Assembly (NCBI GenBank): GCA_965222225.1
Contig: CBDCTK010000002.1
Location: 3,584,001 to 3,648,000 of the forward strand
Length of the DNA stretch: 64,000 nucleotides
Source: Candidatus Poribacteria bacterium
Lineage (GTDB): Bacteria > Poribacteria > WGA-4E > JAJDTR01
Direction: 5' to 3'
Within the stretch, counting starts at the first letter, position 1; every line of letters starts with the position of its first letter. Below, one piece after another: positions 51,838 through 62,728 of this stretch. Position numbers and translations under genes: made by a program. Under the pieces are notes generated by a model. That model made no database searches. It saw nothing but the letters and a program-made list of their open reading frames with translations, and was not told the origin of the DNA.

Positions 51838-52160
51838 ATTTTCTGTCCAAAAGATTCTAAAGAGATTTTGCGTAAAATGATACTATTGTGGAGGAAAACC
51901 CCAGATCCAAGACTTAATATACGTCAATATTATACCATATTCTGGCAACTCGATTCCGAAAAATCAGATGGGTTTCCGCTGCAATTGTTTGTGATTTTGC
52001 CACCCTAGGATTTTTTGTCGTGACACGTAGATTGCCCGCTCTAGTTTCGCGTCTAACCACTCACCCCTAGCTACTGTTTTTGGCCTTGACATTAACCCTA
52101 GTTCATGATATTTTTTGAGGTGTTGACAACCGAGGAATAACAACATAGATTAGGTACACA

Positions 52161-53243
52161 ATGAACCCCAAACCCGGCATTGAAACCATCCACCCCTACC
52201 AAGGCGGAAAGCCGATTGAAGAGGTTCAACGCGAGTTTGGCATTGACGACATCATCAAACTAGCCTCCAATGAGAACCCGCTCGGTCCCTCACCCTTGGC
52301 GAAGGAGGCAATCAAGCGGGCAGCCGCAGAGGTCAATCTATACCCGGATGGAAACGCATACTACTTCAAAAACGAACTAGCCGAACATTTGGGGGTTTCT
52401 CCAGATTATCTCATCTTCGGTAACGGTTCCAACGATGTACTCCAGATTGTCGGTGAGACGTACATTTCGCCCGGTGATGAAGTCATCTATTCCGAGAGCG
52501 CCTTCGTCGTCTATATGCTAGTCTCCAAAATCTGCGGCGCGAAATCAATCGTGACACCGAGGCGTGATTACGCCCACGATTTGGATGCCATGGCGGATGC
52601 AATCACAGACTCCACGAAGGTGATTTTCATCGCCAATCCGAACAACCCTACCGGCACGATGGTCACGAAGGATGAGACCGAGCGTTTCATGCGACGCGTT
52701 CCGGACGACGTCCTTGTAGTCTTTGATGAGGCCTACTATGAATACGTTGAGCGTCTTGACTACCCGCAGACGCTCCCGTACGTGGAGGAGGGACGCAACG
52801 TGATTATCACCCGGACGTTCTCGAAAATCTACGGGCTTGCGGGACTGCGAATAGGCTACGGCATCGCGAAGTCGGCGACCATCGAAATGATGAATCGGGT
52901 GCGCCAGCCATTCAACTGCAATCTAATTGCCCAAGTCGCGGGGCGTGCCGCGCTCAACGATGCGAATCATGTTCGCCGCAGTTTGAAGTTGAATGCCGTA
53001 GGGAAGATTTACCTGTATGAGGCATTAGAACAACTCGGGCTGGAGTATGTCGAAACAGAAGGAAACTTCATCTTGGTTCAACTCGGAAGGTCGGGACAAG
53101 AGGTGGCTGACGCACTCATGCAAAAAGGCGTCATTGTGCGACCTATGGAAGCGTACGGTTTCCCCAACGCCGTACGAATAACGATTGGCAAACCCGATGA
53201 AAATAAGCGGTTCATAGAAACATTACAGGAAGTATTGAACTAA
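52161..53243 (+). CDS. hisC: Histidinol-phosphate aminotransferase
   Basis: KLASNENPLGPS, ANPNNPTG, DEAYYEY, RTFSKIYGLAGLRIGY. Confidence 0.95.
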   Translation: MNPKPGIETIHPYQGGKPIEEVQREFGIDDIIKLASNENPLGPSPLAKEAIKRAAAEVNLYPDGNAYYFKNELAEHLGVSPDYLIFGNGSNDVLQIVGETYISPGDEVIYSESAFVVYMLVSKICGAKSIVTPRRDYAHDLDAMADAITDSTKVIFIANPNNPTGTMVTKDETERFMRRVPDDVLVVFDEAYYEYVERLDYPQTLPYVEEGRNVIITRTFSKIYGLAGLRIGYGIAKSATIEMMNRVRQPFNCNLIAQVAGRAALNDANHVRRSLKLNAVGKIYLYEALEQLGLEYVETEGNFILVQLGRSGQEVADALMQKGVIVRPMEAYGFPNAVRITIGKPDENKRFIETLQEVLN

Positions 53244-53395
53244 AGAAACTTGAAACCGTGTTTTCAAGAAAAACTCGGTTTCTAAAGAAGTCTTGTATAC
53301 GGCATTCACTTCCCTACACGCCAAAATCCAGCGGCGCGGCAGGTGCTTAACAACATTTGAAAACTCTGATTCTTGACAGTGACAGGTAGTCATCT

Positions 53396-54523
53396 ATGAA
53401 TGAGCTACTCCAACTCGACAATCGAAAATTGACCCGGAAAATCAATGTTGGCGGCGTGCCGATCGGTGGAAGGAGTCCGATTTCGATTCAGACGATGACC
53501 ACCACCCTCACGCACGACACGGACGCGACCATGCGCCAGATTGACCGCTGTGTGGAGGCGGGCGCTCAAATCGTCCGCGTCGCCGTGCCCGAAGAACGGG
53601 ACTCGAAGGCGCTTTCCACGCTTGTCAAGCGTGCGCCCGTTCCGATTGTCTCCGACATTCATTTCAACTACCGCTACGCACTTGACGCGATTGACTCCGA
53701 TATCGCCAAGGTGCGCATCAACCCCGGCAACATCGGGAGTGAGGAACGAATAGCGCAAGTGCTGAGCACGGCAAAAGCGGCGAATATCCCCATCCGCATC
53801 GGTGTTAACGAAGGCTCCTTGGAAAAAGATTTGCTTGAGAAATATCCCTCTCCAACGGCGGCAGCCCTAGTTGAAAGCGCTATGCGCCATGTCAAAATCT
53901 GCGAAGACCACGATTTCACCGACATCGCCATATCCGTCAAATCAAGCGATCCATTGCGCATGATCGAAGCCAACCGCATGCTCTCTGCGAAGGTGCGCTA
54001 TCCATTGCATTTGGGAGTTACGGAAGCGGGCACGCCACGCAGATCCCATGTGAAATCGACGCTCGGCATCGGCACGCTGCTGATGGAGGGCATCGGAGAC
54101 ACCATCCGCATCTCAATTACCGGCGATCCGGTCGAGGAGGTGCTCACGGCAAAAGAATTGCTGCGCACGTTGGGGTTGACTGAGAATATCCTTGACGTTG
54201 TCTCCTGTCCATTTTGCGGCAGAGGAGATCCCGCAGCCGATTACGAAGGCATTGTTGCCGCTGCCGAAGAGTTGTTGGAGAAGCATGGGATAAAGATTCC
54301 GGTTGCTGTCATGGGATGCGAGGTTAATGGCCCCGGCGAAACCCGAAATGCGGAAGTGGGCATCCATCTCGGCGGCAAAGAGCTTGCTGTCTTGAAGATT
54401 CGCGGCGAGAAAGTTAAGACATTTCGTGGCATAGATGAGGTTAACCCGCAGTTCCTTGCAAACGCGCTGTTGGAAGCAGCCGTGCAAGTCCAGAGCGAAT
54501 CGGGAATTACAGAAGCGCACTGA
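53396..54523 (+). CDS. ispG: 4-hydroxy-3-methylbut-2-en-1-yl diphosphate synthase
   Basis: DIHF, RINPGNIG, LHLGVTEAG, GIGDTIRIS, SCPFCGR, MGCEVNGPGE. Confidence 0.96.
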   Translation: MNELLQLDNRKLTRKINVGGVPIGGRSPISIQTMTTTLTHDTDATMRQIDRCVEAGAQIVRVAVPEERDSKALSTLVKRAPVPIVSDIHFNYRYALDAIDSDIAKVRINPGNIGSEERIAQVLSTAKAANIPIRIGVNEGSLEKDLLEKYPSPTAAALVESAMRHVKICEDHDFTDIAISVKSSDPLRMIEANRMLSAKVRYPLHLGVTEAGTPRRSHVKSTLGIGTLLMEGIGDTIRISITGDPVEEVLTAKELLRTLGLTENILDVVSCPFCGRGDPAADYEGIVAAAEELLEKHGIKIPVAVMGCEVNGPGETRNAEVGIHLGGKELAVLKIRGEKVKTFRGIDEVNPQFLANALLEAAVQVQSESGITEAH

Positions 54524-54747
54524 GACGATATTTACGCGGATCGTCTTCACTCCTAACAAACAATAAACCCTTCGTCAAATTTCCGCTTCTTCACGTCACG
54601 TCGAGTCTCAATCGTAAGGAGTTTCCCGTATTTAATTCCTCCCTTGTGAAGCCTGTACGAATCCAAAATCCCGGTGATACTGGCTGAAGGTACGTCGCAC
54701 ATTTATTCGAAACTAACAATCTACTCTTGTAAGAGGCAGTATAACGT

Positions 54748-55923
54748 ATGAAGATTACCAACATTGAAACATTTATTGTGGACGCAGGGTGGCGCCCCTG
54801 GACATTCGTAAAGATTGAGACGGATGAAGGGGTGACCGGGTACGGCGAGTGCAGCGATGGTTCGGCGCCTCACGGGGTCGTGGGAACAATCGAGGACTTG
54901 AAACCGAGGTTAATCGGTGCAGATCCGAGGGCTTTCGAGATGCGTTTCTGGGACATGATTCGAGCCACACGACAGAGTCCCGGCGGGATTGCCGCCAAGG
55001 CTATCGCCGGAATCGACTGTGCGCTCATTGATATCAAGGCAAAGGCGCTCGGGGTTTCTGTCGTCGAACTTTTCGGCGGCCCAACCCGGGATAGCGTGCG
55101 CGTGTATTGGTCTCACTGTGGCACATCTCGTGCGCGGAATTATGAACTCATCGGCGTGCCGCCGCTCAGAACAATGGAGGATATCGCTGATCTCGGGCGC
55201 GAAGTCGTTAATCGAGGTTTCACGGCGCTCAAAACCAACATCGTGTTTCCGGGAGAACCCGCTTCCTTACATTGGGGTGGGTTTGGGAGCGGTGCAGGAA
55301 CAACCGACCAAGTCGCTAGTCCCGAACTCTTGCGACACATCGAAACACTTCTCGGCACATATCGGGATGCCATAGGTCCGGATATTGGTTTGTGTTTAGA
55401 CCTCAACTTTAACTTCAAGACGGAAAGCTGCCTGCGAATCGCCAAAGTGGTGGAACAGTTTGACCTCCAATGGCTCGAAATTGACATGTACGATCCCGAA
55501 GCTATTCTGCAAATCAAGGAGTCAACGACGACACGCATCTGTACAGGAGAAAATCTGTTCTACATGCGGGAATTTATCCCATATTTGGAGTTGCACGCCG
55601 CGGATGTACTGATGATTGATGTTCCGTGGAACGGATTCTCACAGTCCAAGAAGATGGGCGATCTCGCCGAAGTGTATCAAACGAACATTGCCCCTCACAA
55701 TTATTATAGCCATCTCGCTTCATACATTAGCGCGAGCCTATGCGCGGTCTTGCCGAATGTCCGCATCATGGAAATTGACATTGACGATGTCCCATGGAAG
55801 GATGACCTTGTGACCGACCCTCCCGAGATTATTGAGGGTTACATGACAGTGCCGACAAAGCCCGGCTGGGGAACAGACTTGGACGAAGATGAGGTCATAA
55901 AGCACCTATGGCAAAACCGATAA
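54748..55923 (+). CDS. Mandelate racemase/muconate lactonizing enzyme family (DgoD-like dehydratase)
   Basis: KIETDEGVTGYGE, AGIDCALIDIKAK, D-x-N / WLE / TGE metal ligands, APHN, PGWG. Confidence 0.88.
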   Translation: MKITNIETFIVDAGWRPWTFVKIETDEGVTGYGECSDGSAPHGVVGTIEDLKPRLIGADPRAFEMRFWDMIRATRQSPGGIAAKAIAGIDCALIDIKAKALGVSVVELFGGPTRDSVRVYWSHCGTSRARNYELIGVPPLRTMEDIADLGREVVNRGFTALKTNIVFPGEPASLHWGGFGSGAGTTDQVASPELLRHIETLLGTYRDAIGPDIGLCLDLNFNFKTESCLRIAKVVEQFDLQWLEIDMYDPEAILQIKESTTTRICTGENLFYMREFIPYLELHAADVLMIDVPWNGFSQSKKMGDLAEVYQTNIAPHNYYSHLASYISASLCAVLPNVRIMEIDIDDVPWKDDLVTDPPEIIEGYMTVPTKPGWGTDLDEDEVIKHLWQNR

Positions 55924-56060
55924 ATGACGTCGCGGAAATCAAGGTTCGTGGCTAGTCAAAGAAACAATTTAGGCATAATCCTAATCGCGTTAAGTTCAAG
56001 ATTACGTAGATCGCAATCAGAATCGAATCCAAAACCGAAACACATTATGGAGTGGCACGA

Positions 56061-56375
56061 ATGAAAGCACCAGATGAATGCGCGAATATGGCGGACATAC
56101 GTGCGGAAATTGACCGTATCGATCGAGAGGTCATCGCGATAATAGGCAAACGCCTTCAATATGTGAAAGCGGCGGCACGATTCAAAACCAGCGCGGAGGG
56201 CGCGAAAGATACGAGCGTACGAGATATGCACCGGGTAAAATCCATGCTGAGACAGCGCAGGCATTGGGCAGAAGAGGAAGGGCTTTCTCCGGACGCAATT
56301 GAGAAAATTTACAGCGACCTCGTGGAATACTTCATCAATGAAGAGATGACGAAGTGGAAAGCGGAAAAAGGTTAG
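56061..56375 (+). CDS. Chorismate mutase type II / isochorismate pyruvate-lyase (PchB-like)
   Basis: MKAPDEC..DIRAEIDRID..R..YVKAAARFK..RRHWAEEEGL. Confidence 0.8.
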   Translation: MKAPDECANMADIRAEIDRIDREVIAIIGKRLQYVKAAARFKTSAEGAKDTSVRDMHRVKSMLRQRRHWAEEEGLSPDAIEKIYSDLVEYFINEEMTKWKAEKG

Positions 56376-56486
56376 GCGACGGTATTCCCCTAAAACTCAC
56401 TTTCCTCGGAGGCATCACGTCGGTCAGGTGATGTGTCCTTTAGTCTCTCTTCCCGTAAATCTCTGCCGTGTTGTGAAAGGAACAAG

Positions 56487-57767
56487 ATGGACGTTTTAGT
56501 TGTTGGCGGAAACGGACGAGAACATGCGCTGGTATGGAAGATTGTTCAGAGCCACCTTGTCGACAAAGTCTACTGTGTTCCGGGAAACGCCGGAATCTCC
56601 GAACTTGCCGAATGTCGATCGATGCCGTGGGAAGATAACTTTGGCGAACTGGCGGATTTTGCGGAATCCGTGAAAATCGGCTTGACCGTTGTTGGTCCCG
56701 AGGCACCGCTGGCGAATGGCATAGTCGATGCCTTCCACGAGCGCGGACTTCGCGTTTTTGGTCCAAACCGGAAGGCGGCAATACTTGAAGCCAGCAAAGA
56801 TTTCGCCAAGAATCTGATGGTCGAAAACGGAATCCCAACAGCCGTCCACCGCACGTTCGAGAATCCGGACGAAGCAATCGCTTATATCAAAGAGGTTCGT
56901 TCCCCCGTTTTCGTCAAAGCAGACGGACTTGCCGCAGGCAAAGGCGCAATTCCCGGCAGAACAGTGGAGAAGGCAATTCAGGCGGTAAAGACAATCATGG
57001 TTGACCGCGAGTTCGATGATGCCGGGGACCAAGTCATTATCGAAGAGGAATTAATCGGTGAGGAAGCCTCATTCTTTGTATTCACTGACGGGAGCGACTG
57101 CCTCCCTTTGGCGAGTTCACAAGACCACAAGATGTCGTTAGACGGCGATCAGGGCAAGAACACGGGAGGAATGGGTGCGTATTCTCCGGCGCCCGTTATA
57201 ACCCCCGAGCTTCAAGATTATGTAATGGACCGAATTGTTTACCCGACAATTAACGGCATGCGTTCGCAGGAACGAGTTTTCAAAGGCGTGTTGTATATCG
57301 GCTTGATGATAACAAGCGGCGGACCGAAGGTCGTCGAATATAATTGCCGATTTGGAGATCCGGAAGCACAAGTCCTTTTGCCGCGGATGGAGACAGATCT
57401 TGTACCTATACTGGAAGCGTGTATTGATGGGACTCTAGCCGATGTTGAAGTGGCATGGAAACCGGGTTCGGCGGCTTGCGTTGTGATGGCGTCGGGCGGA
57501 TATCCGGACGCCTACGAAAAAGGAAAGGTCATCACGGGGTTGAATGTCGCCAATGCGCTGGAGGACATCGCAGTCTTTCACGCGGCTACCAAAGCGCAAA
57601 ACGGCCAGGTTGTGACTGATGGCGGGCGCATCCTTGGAGTTACGGCGCTTGCGAGTGACCTAAAATCGGCGGTAGATCGTGCATATCAAGGGGTCGGCGA
57701 AATTGACTTCGATCAAGCCCACTTTCGAACGGATATCGGTTATCGGGCGCTCGACCGAGCAAACTAG
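56487..57767 (+). CDS. purD: Phosphoribosylamine-glycine ligase
   Basis: GREHAL, VGPEAPL, KADGLAAGKG, QDHK, NTGGMGAYSP, EYNCRFGDPE. Confidence 0.97.
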   Translation: MDVLVVGGNGREHALVWKIVQSHLVDKVYCVPGNAGISELAECRSMPWEDNFGELADFAESVKIGLTVVGPEAPLANGIVDAFHERGLRVFGPNRKAAILEASKDFAKNLMVENGIPTAVHRTFENPDEAIAYIKEVRSPVFVKADGLAAGKGAIPGRTVEKAIQAVKTIMVDREFDDAGDQVIIEEELIGEEASFFVFTDGSDCLPLASSQDHKMSLDGDQGKNTGGMGAYSPAPVITPELQDYVMDRIVYPTINGMRSQERVFKGVLYIGLMITSGGPKVVEYNCRFGDPEAQVLLPRMETDLVPILEACIDGTLADVEVAWKPGSAACVVMASGGYPDAYEKGKVITGLNVANALEDIAVFHAATKAQNGQVVTDGGRILGVTALASDLKSAVDRAYQGVGEIDFDQAHFRTDIGYRALDRAN

Positions 57768-57851
57768 GGTGGCAGTGCACCAACTCCCGTCGGCACATCT
57801 CTCCCAGCTCATGTCTAGATTTCAAAACTCAATTCAATATGTGGAGGCAGA

Positions 57852-58874
57852 AGGCACGTATTGATGATTGGCGGCACACGGTTCATGGGCCGCTTCGCCG
57901 TATGAAAACTGCTTGATGCCGGTGACAAAGTCACCATCTTCTCGCGCGGGAACACCAAGCCCGACTGGTGGAATGAGGTTGAGCATATCCGAGGCGATCG
58001 AGACGAGATTGAAGAATTCAAAGCAAAATTGAAGGGAAGAGCCTTTGATGCCGTCATTGATACACAAGCTTTTGTGAGAGTGCATGTCGAATCAGCGGTG
58101 ACGGCGCTTGAGGGCAACCTTGGTCGCTATCTCTTCGTAAATACCGGCTCGGTATATTTCGACATAGGTTTCGATTTCATTAAGCACTGCCCCTTCAAAG
58201 AGACGGATGTGGACTGGAGTATTATTGACTATTCCTATCCCGATGGGATAAATCCCTACGGTGTGGGCAAGCGCCACTCCGAGAAGTGGCTGCAGGAAAG
58301 TAACCCGATTCCATACACTATTGTCAGAATTCCCTCAATGCTGGGCGAAGATGACAATGAAGAACGATCGTGATGGCCGCAACGCGCGTTGGATGGATGC
58401 TCGATCGTCGTGCCCGCAGAAAATCGTGGCGTGCTCCGCTGCCTGTATGCGGCTGATGCTGCAGAGGCGTGGATTCGCGCAATCAAGTCGCCTAACGCTG
58501 TAAACCAGACATACCACATCGCCTCTCAGGAGATTATCACGATAGAGTAGTGGGCGAAGCTTGTGATTGACGCGGCCGGCACTGAATCCGTACTCACGCC
58601 CATTCCTCTGGAATTCATACATAGACAGAATGGGCTTGAGAATTATGCCGGACGTCTGAGTCGCGACTACCCGTGTATCCATTACCTCACCAAAACCGAG
58701 CAGGACTTAGGATTTACCACCCCTCCTGTCGGGCAATGGGTTCGGAACATGGCACGTTGGTATCGAGATTGTTATGACGGAGAGGACGCGGCGGGATATG
58801 TACACCGCAATGCCGAGATAGCCGTGGCGGCTAAGTGGAACGAGGCGCACAGCAAATTAGTATCGGGAGGTTGA
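57852..58874 (+). pseudogene. NAD-dependent epimerase/dehydratase pseudogene
   Basis: One frame: VLMIGGTRFMG..GDR..YGVGK; in-frame stops at 57903 (TGA), 58371 (TGA) and 58548 (TAG); AGG where ATG is expected after the GGAGG RBS. Confidence 0.85.
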
Positions 58875-59010
58875 TTTGCTATTTGAACGGTGTAAAGGGA
58901 CGAGACACGTTAATTAGGATTTATGAATGGTATTGTTTTCATCGCAGGTTTGGAGCCTGATTGAAAGTCTATTTGTAGTAGTCCTGTTCCCCGTATTAAG
59001 CCCCAGCGGG

Positions 59011-59049
59011 GATCAAGCGAACGGATAGTGAGTGCGATCGAGACCCCAC
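59011..59049 (+). repeat. Family A repeat, short form
   Basis: gatcaagcgaacggatagtgagtgcgatcgagaccccac. Confidence 0.65.
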
Positions 59050-59260
59050 AGGTTTATATCAGGTGACAGCAATAACATGAAAACGCTCTTCCTCAGATTG
59101 CCATAAAAGACTTTTCCACCTATTATTCAAGCCGGCTCCTAGCTTGGAATCTTTCGCTCCAGAAGATTGAGGGTGGCGTGAAAGGAAACCTTCCATCCTT
59201 CCAATCCCATCCTATCCTTCCTAGTCGATGCGGAAGATAAACTCTTACCTTGAAACTTGC

Positions 59261-60937
59261 TCAATATTCATCCTCATATCGAATCGTATAGCGATACCCT
59301 TGCTCAGTGAGGAACAGTTGCCGGTTGATAGCAAATTCCTGATCTCGCGAATCTCGGGTGACAATCGAGTAAAAGTGCGCGATTGAGCCATCCGATTTGG
59401 GACGCAAGATTCGTCCAAGCCGCTGCGCTTCCTCTTGGCGCGATCCAAAGGTGCCAGATATTTGTATCGCAACGTTGGCGTCCGGAAGGTCAATGGCGAA
59501 ATTCGCGACTTTCGACACAACAAGAAGTCCGATTTCGCCCTGTCGAAACTGTCCGTACAGTTTAGCACGATTGGTGTTGGATGTTTGCCCTGTAATCAAC
59601 GGCGCATTCAGACGCGTCGAGATTTCATTGAGCTGATTTATGTATTGACCGATGACGAGCACCTGATCGTCTCGATGTTGTTCAATAAGTGCGTGCACAA
59701 TCTCGAATTTTCGCGGATTCTCGGAAGCGACGCGAAATTTCTGTCGGGAACTCGCAATCGCGTACTCCATGCGTAAGCCGTCCGGCAAATCCACACGAAT
59801 CTCCGTGCATTCCGCGGTAGCAATCCATCCTTGCGCTTCCAGCTCCTTCCAAGGCACATCATATTTTTTCGGGCCTATCAGACTAAACACCTCATCCTCC
59901 TGCCCATCTTCACGCACAAGCGTCGCTGTCAACCCAAGCCGTCGCCGCGCCTGAATCTCGGCGGTCATGCGGAACACGGGGGCCGGCAAGAGATGTACCT
60001 CATCGTAGATAATCAGCCCCCAATCCATCTCCGAAAACAGGCCAAGGTGCACAAAGTTGTCAGATTTCTTTTTGCGATACGTGAGGATTTGGTACGTGGT
60101 CACAGTGATTGGTCGAATTTCCTTGCGTTCACCGCTATATTCACCGACATCTTCCGGAGGGATGGTCGTCTTGTCGAGAAGTTCCTCAATCCATTGGCGC
60201 ACAGCGATCGTGGTGGTTGAAAGAATCAGCGTATAGCACTTCGTCTTGAATATGCTGCCAAGCCCAACAATCGTTTTGCCGGCGCCGCACGGCAGGACGA
60301 TAACACCGCTCCCTCCGCGACTATCGCCGCCCGCGTAGAAAACCGTTGCGGCCTCGCGCTGGTAGTCCCGAAGACTGAAATCGAGACCGGCTAGAGTAAC
60401 CTCTCGTGGCGAAATCTCGAGAAATTTGCCCTGAACATAACCGGCAAGATCTTCGACTGGAAATCCAATCTTAATCAGCGCCTGTTTGAGATGCCCCCGA
60501 AGATGACCCGGAACCCTGACGGTATGAGAATCCACTTGCTCGCCCAAGAGATTCTTTACTGGTTGACTATGCGTTATTTCAGTAATAAGCGCCGGTTCAT
60601 CTGCAGACAAGACTAGACCGCCATCTTGCTCGGTCAATTTAACGCGCCCATACCGAGAGACATAATCCTTAATCTCCGCAATGATGTTCTGTGGCACATC
60701 ATATTTTGTGTACCGTTCAAGCGTATCCAAGATGTAATCCGCCTGAACTCCTGAAGCGGCGCCATTCCATAGCGAAAGTGCCGTAATCCGATAGGTGTGG
60801 ATATGTTCAGGACTCTTTTCAAGCTCGGCGAAACGTGCCAATTCATCACGAGCGGACTCGTAAGCCGAATTATCGACTTCTAGGAGAACAGTCCGATCGC
60901 TTTGGACAATCATGGGATTCTGAGGATTGTATCGCAT
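59261..60937 (-). CDS. XPB/Ssl2-like DNA repair helicase
   Basis: VQSDRTVLLEV, LEKSPEHIHTYRIT, LPCGAGKT, DEVH, GLTATLVRED, QEEAQRLGRILR. Confidence 0.93.
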   Translation of the reverse strand: MRYNPQNPMIVQSDRTVLLEVDNSAYESARDELARFAELEKSPEHIHTYRITALSLWNGAASGVQADYILDTLERYTKYDVPQNIIAEIKDYVSRYGRVKLTEQDGGLVLSADEPALITEITHSQPVKNLLGEQVDSHTVRVPGHLRGHLKQALIKIGFPVEDLAGYVQGKFLEISPREVTLAGLDFSLRDYQREAATVFYAGGDSRGGSGVIVLPCGAGKTIVGLGSIFKTKCYTLILSTTTIAVRQWIEELLDKTTIPPEDVGEYSGERKEIRPITVTTYQILTYRKKKSDNFVHLGLFSEMDWGLIIYDEVHLLPAPVFRMTAEIQARRRLGLTATLVREDGQEDEVFSLIGPKKYDVPWKELEAQGWIATAECTEIRVDLPDGLRMEYAIASSRQKFRVASENPRKFEIVHALIEQHRDDQVLVIGQYINQLNEISTRLNAPLITGQTSNTNRAKLYGQFRQGEIGLLVVSKVANFAIDLPDANVAIQISGTFGSRQEEAQRLGRILRPKSDGSIAHFYSIVTRDSRDQEFAINRQLFLTEQGYRYTIRYEDEY

Positions 60938-61117
60938 CTGTTTTTTGTAAGTGTTGAATGGCTAGTGATTAGTAACAACCCTGAAGGCATAGACCGGCAA
61001 TGATTGGGAGCCTATCTAAGGGAAGAAATCGGCGATTTCACGATTGCCAATCGAGTTGTTGATTGGAGAAAGTGAAGCAATCGTCAGGTTTTAGGGATGC
61101 GCTACTAGCAGGAGAAA

Positions 61118-61630
61118 TTAACATTCAGTGCCGATTGTCGGAGGAGGAGAGAACACGCGCACAATTGCCCAAGTAGTCGCCCGACGGAGTAAGGCATCAA
61201 TTCGTTCCTGTAAGATTGGGTGGATTACATCCGGCGCAATCTCCGCAAAGGGCTCAAGCACGAATCGGCGCTGATGCATTTCCGGGTGGGGAATGGCTAG
61301 CCTAGGCGAGTTGACACAAAACCCATCGTAAATGAGGATGTCAAGATCTATCTCCCTTGGTCCCCAGCGAATGCGCCGCTGCCGCCCAACCTTCCTCTCG
61401 ATTTCTTGCAATGTCGCCAGCAATCTTTGCGGCAGCAAATCCGTTTCCACCCGCACGACACCGTTTAGGAACCAGTCTTGTTCATCATTGCCTACAGGCT
61501 CAGTCTCGTAGATGGACGAAACTTGCACCACTGAAGTGCATTGTTCACCAGATAGGTAGTCCAAGGCTTGGCGGATATACGATTGACGATCCCCAACATT
61601 AGATCCGAATCCGATGTATGCGTATGACAT
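61118..61630 (-). CDS. folK: 2-amino-4-hydroxy-6-hydroxymethyldihydropteridine diphosphokinase
   Basis: GSNVGD, YETEP, FLNGV, WGPREIDLDIL, IPHP..RRFVL. Confidence 0.95.
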   Translation of the reverse strand: MSYAYIGFGSNVGDRQSYIRQALDYLSGEQCTSVVQVSSIYETEPVGNDEQDWFLNGVVRVETDLLPQRLLATLQEIERKVGRQRRIRWGPREIDLDILIYDGFCVNSPRLAIPHPEMHQRRFVLEPFAEIAPDVIHPILQERIDALLRRATTWAIVRVFSPPPTIGTEC

Positions 61631-61711
61631 GATGTTAGTTTGAGACGTGATAAATACTCCTGTCTCAAACGTGGACAGTCAAAAACCTGGATTCTGTGGC
61701 AGGAGATCACA

Positions 61712-62728
61712 CTATGAACCCGTAGCACTATGTTCGGTTGACACTTGAAAATCAGTTAACAAGCTCATTTGGATGTATGATGTATCCCTAGCATTAATAG
61801 AAGAACCGCTTGGTTCTTCGGGCGGCGTTTTTTTCAGATAACGAAGGATATCCAGCACACCATTTCGCGGATTTAGTTTGCGGCCACCCAACCGAATCAG
61901 ATCGGTGTTTCCTTCTGGCGGCTTTACGAAGTATTCTGGATCAACGATAAAGAGCGGGAGATTCATCTTAAGCGCTGCCTTCCCAGTATCAAAGGAGCCG
62001 CTCATTTTGCCATTCGCATTTCGCTCGGGCCCCGATTCAATCACGACAACCGCTTTAGAAAGCGCACAAATTAATGTGTTCCGCATCATCGCGTGGCGGG
62101 CTAACCACTTGGCATCAGGTGCAAATGGCGAGACAGCAAGCACATCACGTCCCCAGTTGAAATTCCTAAATGCTTTTTTCTGCCGCAATCCGGTGATGCC
62201 GTGCGGAAGCACAAGTGTCGTTGTTCCGCCTGACGCCAACGCGGCTGAGTGGGCTTCGGAATCCACACCTTTGGCGTATCCGGATACGACATTTATTCCT
62301 TCTCTCGCAAGCCCGGTGGCAATCGTTCGTGCGGCACGGATTCCTTCATTCGAAACGTCCCTTGCTCCAACAATTGCAACTCCATCCGATGTCAGGAGTT
62401 TGTGTTGTCCTTTGATAAACAGAATCGGCGAAATTTCAAGCAGGTGTTGCGGGAAATTCGGATGCGACGGATACAGCATAGTGATTCCCGCATCCTTAAG
62501 TCTCAGATATTCGTTATAGATTTCTTGGCAATCCTCTACGCGAATCCTGCCATTGAGGATATTGGCTAATTGTGGAAATTGAGACAACAACTCGGTTGGA
62601 TTCAGTGGAAGAGTTTCAGGTTGGCGCTGATGCTTATGCAAGATCTTCGCGATGGAAGCGAGTTTTTTGGGCCCAATTCCGTGCGTTTTGCATAACCATA
62701 TCCAAAAGTAAGGGGCTTTTACTCTCAT
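61712..62728 (-). CDS. dprA: DprA/Smf family DNA-processing protein
   Basis: VAIVGAR, VVSGYAKGVDSEAH, MMRN..ICALS..VVIES. Confidence 0.85.
   Translation of the reverse strand: MRVKAPYFWIWLCKTHGIGPKKLASIAKILHKHQRQPETLPLNPTELLSQFPQLANILNGRIRVEDCQEIYNEYLRLKDAGITMLYPSHPNFPQHLLEISPILFIKGQHKLLTSDGVAIVGARDVSNEGIRAARTIATGLAREGINVVSGYAKGVDSEAHSAALASGGTTTLVLPHGITGLRQKKAFRNFNWGRDVLAVSPFAPDAKWLARHAMMRNTLICALSKAVVVIESGPERNANGKMSGSFDTGKAALKMNLPLFIVDPEYFVKPPEGNTDLIRLGGRKLNPRNGVLDILRYLKKTPPEEPSGSSINARDTSYIQMSLLTDFQVSTEHSATGS

Noticed and set aside
46038-58874. Stop-codon recoding or readthrough as the explanation for in-frame stops in the SEC-C and epimerase genes
   Set aside because: The stops are a mix of TAG, TAA and TGA, each one substitution from a plausible sense codon, and all three codons end intact genes in this window. 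Pseudogenisation is simpler.
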